A stretch of DNA of 64,000 bases from Candidatus Latescibacterota bacterium (GCA_965205975.1 OZ242195.1:2656001-2720000); one strand, 5' to 3'. Positions 9,936-18,127 are shown, numbered from the stretch's first letter. Notes: a model not told the origin generated them from the sequence alone. Translations and numbers: made by a program.

Positions 9936-10307
9936 TTAATCAATAAGATCACTAACAAAATCTACGGCCGCATCCACACCTGCTTTAATCTCTTCCTTCC
10001 AGGTACCAGCAGCTACAGCTACAGCTGCAATTGCAGTTATAATAGGTGCTGCCCCTCCTCCTCCTGGCCCTGCGTTGTTTATTGTTGTGGTTGTGCTGTT
10101 GATAGTAACCATAACAGGTGGAGGCAGGAATTCAGATAGGAGCTCAACCAAAGGATTTGGTCCCAGGGGGACAACCATACGACCACCACCTACAACGTCT
10201 TGCATTTTCGGCAAATCCAACAACTTGTGTTTTACCTGCAATTTCGTACAGGTAACAAATCCTTCATCCGGATTCGTGATAATTCGATCAGTCTGTGTTT
10301 GAGTCAT
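9936..10307 (-). CDS. Putative precursor peptide C (41-aa double-glycine leader + 82-aa core)
   Basis: GGGAGG RBS; leader ends L(-12)..M(-7)..V(-4)VGG; shares RII.xP...VTC..L with precursors A and B. Confidence 0.75.
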   Translation of the reverse strand: MTQTQTDRIITNPDEGFVTCTKLQVKHKLLDLPKMQDVVGGGRMVVPLGPNPLVELLSEFLPPPVMVTINSTTTTINNAGPGGGGAAPIITAIAAVAVAAGTWKEEIKAGVDAAVDFVSDLID

Positions 10308-10414
10308 GATATCCTCCCAAAATAAATGAAGCAGAATTTATAACAAACTTTTCCACCTAAACTGGCCAACATATTCACTTTGCCAAATACTTATCGGGTT
10401 CTGAACTGTATTGG

Positions 10415-10633
10415 TCAGGGAAAAGGGTTAAAGATATCTTCCAAAATATCGTCCAAAATATCGTCCAGCGTCGGGTCAAAATCCTCACTGGTATCATCAC
10501 CTGGGACCGGGAAACATCCATCGGTACCAGAGATCCGAGCAATTTCAAGCCTATTCAAATCACTCGTTTTAATCGGCAGATTGGTCACACCTGTGACCGA
10601 TTGCTCAGGAATTGATATAATTCGTCTCGCCAT
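10415..10633 (-). CDS. Putative precursor peptide B (37-aa leader ending GT + 35-aa acidic core)
   Basis: AAGGAGGTG RBS; leader L(-12) E(-8) I(-7) I(-4) G(-2) T(-1); core DGCFPVPGDD...LDDILDDILEDIFNPFP. Confidence 0.78.
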   Translation of the reverse strand: MARRIISIPEQSVTGVTNLPIKTSDLNRLEIARISGTDGCFPVPGDDTSEDFDPTLDDILDDILEDIFNPFP

Positions 10634-10721
10634 TCTTCCTCACCTCCTTTCTTTACTGCCTCAGCGCAAATCGCTGAAATGTCGAATTTTGCGAAACGTT
10701 CTGTGGATCGTGGCACGATTC

Positions 10722-10946
10722 CTACCAAGAATCCCACCATTCACTCACTGTATCTTCGACATAATCCACCGCATCTTCGATATAATCAATAATATCTTCA
10801 AAGAGCTCAAGTGGATCTTCTCCTGGCAAAATGCATCCTCCTGCTGCATTCGCCATCTCACCATGTGCCAGTTCTATTTCTTGACCGGGGAGTTGAACAC
10901 AGGTCACAGAAACTTGTGCTGGCATTGATGTAATGCGCTTCGTCAT
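10722..10946 (-). CDS. Putative precursor peptide A (37-aa double-glycine leader + 37-aa acidic core)
   Basis: AAGGAGGTG RBS; leader ends ELAHGEMANAAGG; core CILPGEDPLELFEDIIDYIEDAVDYVEDTVSEWWDSW. Confidence 0.82.
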   Translation of the reverse strand: MTKRITSMPAQVSVTCVQLPGQEIELAHGEMANAAGGCILPGEDPLELFEDIIDYIEDAVDYVEDTVSEWWDSW

Positions 10947-11000
10947 TTTCTCGCACCTCCTTTCTTTTCCACCTCAACATAAGCCATATCCCTTCGCCAA

Positions 11001-12404
11001 TCAGGGAGCCGTGAGCATATCGCTGAAGTGTCGGATTTTGCGAAGCGTTTTGTGGGCTGTCGCGCGCGTTTCACATAAACCCAACAGGACGGCTTCGACT
11101 TCGTTTGGGTGTAAATGTTGCATCAAGTGAAGGCCCAGGCCTTCAATAAGGGACATATCTTGTCCCAAAAACGAAATGCGCGGCAATGGGCCTTGCACGC
11201 TTCCCAAATAGTTAAATCCCTTAGACACACTTTGCGGCACACCAGATACATCACAACCCTGTGTAAAACTCACGGTTATTGGTATCGGGCAGGCGGGTGC
11301 ATCGCGTTTGATCCGCAAATTTTCAAACAGTGCCATGTGCTGCTGCGCCGTGTGATCCCAGGAAAATTCGAGCGCGCGTTTGCGAGCACCCTCTCCCAAT
11401 TTCTCCCGCTCCGTTTTGCTATTCAACAAATCGCGTACAACATCTGAAATCACCTCAGGAGCGATATAACCCGTCACATTCAATGGCTCATCTTCAAACC
11501 GCTCAATCTCTATCAACCGCCCACAACTACCCAACAACTCTGGCGCACCCGCAAAATTTGTCGCCACAACCGGAAGACCACACGCCATGCCCTCTATCAC
11601 AGTTGAAGGACACGACTCATACGAATACACCGACAACGCGCACAACACATCCAGCATATTGTAATACAGCGGCATATCCGTATAGGGTTGCGCGCCCAAA
11701 AATATCACATTGGGCGAATGTGTCACAGGTGCGAACTGCTTGCCAATCACCGCAAACAACACATTGGGATTCAGATCGGCCATTCGCAAAAACGGATACG
11801 CACCCTTGCCCGGCTCAAACCGCCCACAAAAACCCACCACAGGCATCTCCAAAAAGCGTTGATCACCCGTCTTATCCGCGACCTCTTTGCGCGCTTGCAA
11901 CTTATCCATCGGCACAAACACCTCGGCATCTACCCCATTGGTAATAGGGCGCAAATACGATCGGTCAAACACCAGCTTGCCCACTTCCTCAGCGACATAC
12001 GCCGACTTGGGGGACAAAGCATCATAAGGCCGCAACAGCGAATAACATTGAAGCACCTTATCCATAAAATCGCGATTGCGTCCAAAAGAACACGACAGCC
12101 GAATCACAATGGGCGCGGGACACACATGGCGGAAAAATGCCAGGTCATCTACCCTGGGTTCAAACATCAGCACACCATCAAAATCCTGCCGCACAAACCA
12201 CTGGCGCGACGTATCAATCGTCTCAAATGCGGGTTGAATACCGTGCATATTCGGACCATAATCCACCGCTTCAGACGCTGGCATATACACCTCGCAATAC
12301 TTCGATAACGCCTGCACATGGTTAAAACCCGAAAGGGACGCCCCGCTATTCGACGCCATCACTTTCTCGCAGTCGTGATACGGGTGTGACACATAAATTT
12401 TCAT
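11001..12404 (-). CDS. GT4 glycosyltransferase with a ~95-aa C-terminal extension
   Basis: ITNGVD, GFCGRFEPGKG, E-x7-E motif ESCPSTVIEGMACGLPVV, FSWD; extra domain after the GT-B fold. Confidence 0.9.
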   Translation of the reverse strand: MKIYVSHPYHDCEKVMASNSGASLSGFNHVQALSKYCEVYMPASEAVDYGPNMHGIQPAFETIDTSRQWFVRQDFDGVLMFEPRVDDLAFFRHVCPAPIVIRLSCSFGRNRDFMDKVLQCYSLLRPYDALSPKSAYVAEEVGKLVFDRSYLRPITNGVDAEVFVPMDKLQARKEVADKTGDQRFLEMPVVGFCGRFEPGKGAYPFLRMADLNPNVLFAVIGKQFAPVTHSPNVIFLGAQPYTDMPLYYNMLDVLCALSVYSYESCPSTVIEGMACGLPVVATNFAGAPELLGSCGRLIEIERFEDEPLNVTGYIAPEVISDVVRDLLNSKTEREKLGEGARKRALEFSWDHTAQQHMALFENLRIKRDAPACPIPITVSFTQGCDVSGVPQSVSKGFNYLGSVQGPLPRISFLGQDMSLIEGLGLHLMQHLHPNEVEAVLLGLCETRATAHKTLRKIRHFSDMLTAP

Positions 12405-12416
12405 CTTTCACCTCAT

Positions 12417-14969
12417 TTAGACTGATTCTATAAACTTTCGCGTTTGCTCGGCACCATCCATGGACAGATGGTGTTCGGACACAGAACTTTCGAGCATTTC
12501 GGCAATAGCTTTTGCCATCTTTCCCGTACCTATTTGATCGGGGTGTATCACCCCTGCAATACCCAACGCCATCAACTGCTGCGCGCGAAATTCCTGATCA
12601 TCCATTGCAATACTCGGCACCAGAATCGACGGGGCCTGTGTCTCGAGCACATTCATACACGTATTGTAGCCCGCCCGGCTAATCGATAAATCCGCGTGTT
12701 TCATCCACGCCAAAAAATTGGACGTAAAGCGCTCAAGGCGAAACGGACCATCACCGCATAACGCGCGCAAAGCCTCAAAATGCGTTTCATCGATAAACGC
12801 ACCGGCAAAAATCACCATCTCGCGTCCATCGTGCGCAACGTCCTGCTCCAATTGTTTCCACGCTTCAATACAAGGTGCAATAAGCGCAAGCCCCTCAGCC
12901 CCGCCACCAGCACTGACCAACACATACCGATCAGGCGCAGGATCAGGTCGAGATACGTCCTCGAGTTTCTCAGAGATAAACCCCGTATAAACCACGGGAA
13001 TATCGATATCACCAGTCCAGGGAAAGTGATCTTCCAGCCGGGACAATTTGGAATCGCCATGCACCAATACCGCATCGAAATACTGATTCAACACGGGCAC
13101 GACCTCCTCGTAATACTGCCGATTAAAAGCCAAATACTCGTGATGTATCCCGCCAAAAGGCACCGAATAAAACCGCATCGCATCTCCATCGCGTCTCTGG
13201 GTAAGCGGAAAAGTCAGTTGCAACGCATCGCTTTTTGCCCGCGTTGGAATATCGCGCAGTGAACACAGCACCTTCGCGTCGGGATTGACCTCATTGAGCC
13301 TGACAATGGTATTGAGGATCTCGTTCTTGAGCGACCATCGGGAAAAGGGAAAAAACTCAACACAAAACACATCGGGACGAATCTGCTCCATCACGTCGGC
13401 AAGCTGTGTCTGGCGCTCGCGCATAACAGCCTGCAAATCGCGCTCCTTATCAACAGACTCAATACCCTGCGCACCCGTGCGAAGCGGCGGCAGAGGAATA
13501 CGTACCACTCCTTCATCGAGATCAGCTTCGGGAATTGGTCGCCCGCCATCGATAAAAAACACATCGCATGTCTTCACCAGTTCATTGACAATCTGTCGAT
13601 TGCGAAAATGGTGCCCAACGCCAATGAGGTGCTGGCTGTAAAATGCAACGCGTGTGCGGGTTTTTGCTTGTTGATTAATACATTCCATACGGGCAGGACA
13701 AACGGCTATCGCGGCCTCATAGATCCCGCGATAGCGTTCCACAACCTGCCTCCATGTGTGCTCTGACCGCACCCATTCGTTGCCCCCTTGCCCCAATTGC
13801 ATCCGCAGCGAGGGATTCTCGATGAGTTCGGCACACGTCTGGGTGAGACTTTCGACATCATCTGCCACAAAAACGCGCCCGGTTTCGCCGTCTGTAACCA
13901 CCTCCTTGAGTGCGGCTACATCGCTAACGACAACGGCTTTTTCCATCGCCATTGCCTCATAAGGCTTCATCGGCGTGACCAGTTCGGTAACGCGGCTACG
14001 CGTACGCGGAATAACAAAAACATCTAACATCGCGTAATATGCAGCTATTTGGTCGTGCGGTATTTCACCCGTAAAAATCGCCACATCCGCCAGACCGCGT
14101 TCCTGTGCTTCGCGCTGCAATGCTGGCAGGTCTCGTCCACCCCCCACAATCAACACTTTGAGATTGGCATACTGCCCGCGAAGAACCTCACACGCCTGCA
14201 ACAACAACCGCAATCCCTCCAGTGACCGCACCAGACCGATATAGCCCACCACCACATCTTCCGGTTCAATCCCCAGATCATTGGCAAGTTCGCCTGACCG
14301 ATTTTTGGGTGCATATTGCTCAACCGCCACACCATTGGGCACTACGCCAATTTTCTCTTCGTCAACCCCCTCGCGTATGCATTCTGCTTTCAACACCTCG
14401 GACAGCGTCACCACAGCATCGGCTCGTTGCATCGCATTGACATGTTGCGCGTGTTGCTGGCGATACACCTCTGAATCGGGAGCCAGCATACCCTGCGCCA
14501 CACCGCTATCGTGCCACAAACCCCGCACCTCGTACACCACAGACAGACCACAGTGATGTCCTATATCAATCGCAACCTGTGCATTTCTACCCGGTGACGC
14601 CGCGTGCAACACATCGGGTTTTTCTGTCTCAACAGCCCGCGCAACGCGTTTGCGAAAGTGTTGCTCCTGCCCCACACGATAGATTCGTGGGGTATCTGGC
14701 AATTGAAATTTGCCCAGACGTTCGGACAGACGTGCTGTGTATGCTTCAGAAGTATTTCTCAAATAAGGCACATCATTGATATATTCAATATCATCAGCGA
14801 GTTGCTCAGACACACCCCAGCGCGTGAGCACCACAGGATCAAAGCCGAGCGCTTTCTGCGTATTGATGATATACTGGCTTCGCAAACTGTAGCCGCTTTG
14901 TCGGTGTGGCAGCGAAACATCCAGAATATGTAATATCTTCATCGGCATAGGATTTTCAAATTGTCTCAT
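12417..14969 (-). CDS. Fused two-module glycosyltransferase: N-terminal GT4 + C-terminal GT28/COG4671-like
   Basis: N-half KILHILD.SLP..SGY..R, YEVRGLW, VPNGV, PMKPYEAMA; C-half FYSQHLIGVGH, EFFPFSR, VSAGGGAEG, SISRAGYNT. Confidence 0.88.
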   Translation of the reverse strand: MRQFENPMPMKILHILDVSLPHRQSGYSLRSQYIINTQKALGFDPVVLTRWGVSEQLADDIEYINDVPYLRNTSEAYTARLSERLGKFQLPDTPRIYRVGQEQHFRKRVARAVETEKPDVLHAASPGRNAQVAIDIGHHCGLSVVYEVRGLWHDSGVAQGMLAPDSEVYRQQHAQHVNAMQRADAVVTLSEVLKAECIREGVDEEKIGVVPNGVAVEQYAPKNRSGELANDLGIEPEDVVVGYIGLVRSLEGLRLLLQACEVLRGQYANLKVLIVGGGRDLPALQREAQERGLADVAIFTGEIPHDQIAAYYAMLDVFVIPRTRSRVTELVTPMKPYEAMAMEKAVVVSDVAALKEVVTDGETGRVFVADDVESLTQTCAELIENPSLRMQLGQGGNEWVRSEHTWRQVVERYRGIYEAAIAVCPARMECINQQAKTRTRVAFYSQHLIGVGHHFRNRQIVNELVKTCDVFFIDGGRPIPEADLDEGVVRIPLPPLRTGAQGIESVDKERDLQAVMRERQTQLADVMEQIRPDVFCVEFFPFSRWSLKNEILNTIVRLNEVNPDAKVLCSLRDIPTRAKSDALQLTFPLTQRRDGDAMRFYSVPFGGIHHEYLAFNRQYYEEVVPVLNQYFDAVLVHGDSKLSRLEDHFPWTGDIDIPVVYTGFISEKLEDVSRPDPAPDRYVLVSAGGGAEGLALIAPCIEAWKQLEQDVAHDGREMVIFAGAFIDETHFEALRALCGDGPFRLERFTSNFLAWMKHADLSISRAGYNTCMNVLETQAPSILVPSIAMDDQEFRAQQLMALGIAGVIHPDQIGTGKMAKAIAEMLESSVSEHHLSMDGAEQTRKFIESV

Positions 14970-14999
14970 GTCTTTCCAGTACTTTTAAGACCTATTCTT

Positions 15000-15410
15000 T
15001 TATGAATTTTTTTGAATAAGGCTTTCGCATCTCACTTTTGCGCGGTAAGCGGTAAGAGACATGTCATTTACCTTCTTAAACACCTCACAAAAATACTTTG
15101 AGGACCGATACCCACACGCACTTGCAACCTCATAGGTCAGCAAGGATTGTTCACCTATCAAGTGCTGTGCATGAGCAATTCTGATCTCTCTCAACTTTTC
15201 TCGGAAAGGCTTGCCAACATGCTTTTTGAACAAGGCACTCAGATGCGTTCTGGAAAGTTTGAAATGATCTACGAGATCACTAAATTTGAGGTCCGGGTTG
15301 CTGTAATGCGCCTCCAAAAAGGCTTCAAACGCGATTTTCCAACTCGAATCTGATGGGATATGGGTTTTGACCTTCGCCAAAAACTTGCTCCTTTCAACTA
15401 CACTATTCAA
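15000..15410 (-). CDS. AraC-family regulator consisting of the HTH domain only
   Basis: LSRTHLSALFKKHVGK...RIAHAQHLI...EVASACGY....YFCEVFKK...S..AYR. Confidence 0.88.
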   Translation of the reverse strand: MNSVVERSKFLAKVKTHIPSDSSWKIAFEAFLEAHYSNPDLKFSDLVDHFKLSRTHLSALFKKHVGKPFREKLREIRIAHAQHLIGEQSLLTYEVASACGYRSSKYFCEVFKKVNDMSLTAYRAKVRCESLIQKNS

Positions 15411-15612
15411 ACAGATATTTCACAGCTTAAACAAATATGTGCAATATGTGTGCCAATGTGAATTTCTCAAGTAATAATGATCATAAAGTATTGTTTTTAT
15501 TTCGTATAAAAATTATTATCGAGCAAAAGACAGGTTGAATACCGAATTAAAAAGTGAAAACACCATTCACTTTTCTCTTTTCGATTGAACATTATTTGCA
15601 CTTTAATTCGCG

Positions 15613-15641
15613 TTGACAATCGCGTTCCGGATTGTTATTTT
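15613..15641 (+). promoter_or_regulatory. Sigma70-like promoter
   Basis: TTGACA (15613-15618), 17-bp spacer, TG-N-TATTTT (15636-15641), in an AT-rich intergenic region. Confidence 0.6.
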
Positions 15642-15645
15642 TTAC

Positions 15646-15722
15646 ATCCTTCTCAAGTTCTCAGCTTGAGATATTTACCTGCCGCTGACAGTTGACTTGC
15701 CCGGTCTTGTCGGCGGCTTTTT
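15646..15722 (+). ncRNA. Candidate small RNA or attenuator leader
   Basis: Follows the promoter; hairpin TCTCAAG/CTTGAGA, then GC stem GCCGCTGACA/TGTCGGCGGC + TTTTT. Confidence 0.4.
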
Positions 15723-15856
15723 CATACAACAATAATGATAATACCAACTCTTCTGTCGCTGCAACAAAAAAAGATTCCACTTATGTCTTATCTGACCTCT
15801 TTATGTCTTATTTTTGGTATTTTTTTTCGAAATGTTGTTTTTTATTTAACTCCTGA

Positions 15857-16840
15857 ATGGAAAGACAAATGAATCAACTCGTCAATCAAAACGATCAAAT
15901 TATTCCGCTCACTTCACTAACAGAGTGGGAAGAAAAGCGCGCGAAAATACTCGAAGCCGCGCAGGAAATCATGGGTCTTTTGCCCGGAGACGAAAAGCGA
16001 TGCTCACTCGCCATAGATCTGGCAGAAGAAGTGGATTGCGGCACTTATATAAGGCAAATGATCACTTACGCCGCAGAACCCGGCGACCGCGCACGGGCGT
16101 ATCTGCTAATCCCAAAACAGGCGCTGGATGGTCATGAATGTCCAGCCGTCTTGTGCCCGCACCCGACGCATGCGACATTGGGATACAAAACCGTCGTAGG
16201 ACTGGGCGACCGCCCCAATCGGGCTTATGCCAGCGAATTGGCCGAACGCGGCTTTGTCACCATCGCACCGTCCTACCCCATGCTCGCGGAATATTGGCCC
16301 GATGTATTCGGTCTGGGCTATGAAAGCGGAACCATGAAGGCGATATGGGACAATATCCGGGCGATCGATCTGCTGGAAACACTGCCGTATGTAAAGCGGG
16401 GACCCGTCGGGGCAATCGGACATTCTCTGGGCGGACACAACTCGGTCTATACCGCTGTTTTTGAGCCGCGCATCGGCGTTGTGGTATCCAGTTGCGGACT
16501 GGATTCCTACATAGACTACAAAGATGGAAATCTCGCTGGGTGGACGCAGGATCGGTACATGCCCAAATTGAAAAATTACGCCCATCGGCTGTGGGATATA
16601 CCCTTTGATTTTCACGACTTAATCGCGGCATTGGCACCCCGACCCTGTTTTATTGCCGCGCCTTTGCGCGACAGCAATTTCAAATGGCAAAGCGTAGATG
16701 CCGTTGTCAACGCAGCCGCCCGCGTGTACGCCCTTTACGATGCAACAGAAAATCTGATTGTCGAACACCCCGATTGCGAACATGATTTTCCCAACGCCAT
16801 GCGCGAACAGGCGTATCAATTATTCGAAAAACACCTTTGA
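15857..16840 (+). CDS. Alpha/beta hydrolase (dienelactone hydrolase / acetyl-xylan esterase-like)
   Basis: Nucleophile elbow GHSLGG, ALAPRP, C-terminal HDF. Confidence 0.85.
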   Translation: MERQMNQLVNQNDQIIPLTSLTEWEEKRAKILEAAQEIMGLLPGDEKRCSLAIDLAEEVDCGTYIRQMITYAAEPGDRARAYLLIPKQALDGHECPAVLCPHPTHATLGYKTVVGLGDRPNRAYASELAERGFVTIAPSYPMLAEYWPDVFGLGYESGTMKAIWDNIRAIDLLETLPYVKRGPVGAIGHSLGGHNSVYTAVFEPRIGVVVSSCGLDSYIDYKDGNLAGWTQDRYMPKLKNYAHRLWDIPFDFHDLIAALAPRPCFIAAPLRDSNFKWQSVDAVVNAAARVYALYDATENLIVEHPDCEHDFPNAMREQAYQLFEKHL

Positions 16841-16855
16841 TGACTCGAGATCCCC

Positions 16856-18127
16856 ATGCAAAGCAAAGTCGCACTTCTCCGCACATCGCCGCGTACGATC
16901 TTTGAAGACTACCACCGCCTGCTCAATCTGGCGGATTACCAGAATATAATTGCCAAAGAAGTGGAAACCGCGCTCAAGATCAACATCTCATGGCACTTTT
17001 TTTTCCCCGGATGTTCCACAACACCATGGCAACTCGACGGTGTTATCCGCGCCATGAAACAAGATGGCTACGACCCCGACCTCATTCACGGCTGCCACAA
17101 CCGAACCGTGGTCATTGACGCGCGTTTGGGCGAAAAAGAAAACAAACACCTCCCCGTCATCAAAGCGCACGGCCTGAAAAATATACATCTCTACGAAGGC
17201 GAAGAATGGATCAACGTACGCGACGCAGTCGGCGACCTCACCGCAAAATTTCTCTGTCTGAACGAAGTCTATCCCAAAGGCTTTCACATTCCCAAACGCT
17301 TTATCGATGAAAACATCATCCATTTCCCCACGGTCAAAACCCACGTCTTTACCACCACCACAGGCGCCATGAAAAATGCCTTTGGCGGCCTGCTCAACGA
17401 GCGTCGCCACTGGACCCACCCGGTCATTCACGAAACCCTCGTCGATCTGCTCATGATACAAAAGAAAATCCACCGCGGTGTCTTCGCAGTCATGGACGGC
17501 ACCTTTGCAGGCGATGGCCCCGGCCCGCGCTGTATGATTCCCCACACCAAAAACGTCATCCTCGCCAGTGCTGACCAGGTCGCCATTGACGCAGTCGCCG
17601 CCAAAATGATGGGCTTTGATCCACTTTCAATCAAATACATCCGCATAGCACACGACCTGGGCCTCGGATGCGGAGATCCCTCCCAAATCGAAATTGCGGG
17701 TGATCTATGCGCTGCAGAAGAAAATTGGGACTTTGTCGGTCCGTACAAAAAAATGACATTTGCCTCTAAAATGCAGCACAAGATCTACTGGGGGAGCCTC
17801 AAAAAACCCATCGAATGGTCGCTCAAAACCATCCTCGCGCCCTGGGCTTATATGGCTTCGGTACTCTACCACGACAGTTTCTGGTATCCTTTTCATGCCA
17901 AAAATAAAATGCAAGATGTACTAAACAGCGACTGGGGCCGCCTCTTCCGCAACTGGGAACACCTCACCCCAAACGCCCAGGGCTTCCCCGATGTGGGCGA
18001 CACCTCTGCCAAACTGAAAAAAACAAATCTGCAAGTCCTGAGAGATTCACTCGGCATCTTGCGCGATTGCATTGTCGAAGCCCCCGAGTTCATCCAATCG
18101 CGTAAAAAAACAGCGCACCGAGGATAA
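16856..18127 (+). CDS. DUF362-family (Fe-S cluster-binding) protein
   Basis: LKINISW, PTVKTH..TTTTGAMKNAFG, DG...GDGPGP, ILASADQVAIDAV. Confidence 0.82.
   Translation: MQSKVALLRTSPRTIFEDYHRLLNLADYQNIIAKEVETALKINISWHFFFPGCSTTPWQLDGVIRAMKQDGYDPDLIHGCHNRTVVIDARLGEKENKHLPVIKAHGLKNIHLYEGEEWINVRDAVGDLTAKFLCLNEVYPKGFHIPKRFIDENIIHFPTVKTHVFTTTTGAMKNAFGGLLNERRHWTHPVIHETLVDLLMIQKKIHRGVFAVMDGTFAGDGPGPRCMIPHTKNVILASADQVAIDAVAAKMMGFDPLSIKYIRIAHDLGLGCGDPSQIEIAGDLCAAEENWDFVGPYKKMTFASKMQHKIYWGSLKKPIEWSLKTILAPWAYMASVLYHDSFWYPFHAKNKMQDVLNSDWGRLFRNWEHLTPNAQGFPDVGDTSAKLKKTNLQVLRDSLGILRDCIVEAPEFIQSRKKTAHRG

Noticed and set aside
9936..10946. Assignment to lanthipeptide, Nif11/NHLP, cyanobactin or classical glycocin classes
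   Set aside because: No LanM/LanBC, YcaO, radical SAM, PatA/G or GT2 enzyme in view; the leaders are short and the cores lack the Cys patterns of those classes. Genes left of the window are unseen.
10380..11130. Plus-strand ORFs 10380-10928 and 10933-11130
   Set aside because: Antisense shadows of the precursor genes; their shared SLKCRILR text reflects the DNA duplication, not a protein family.
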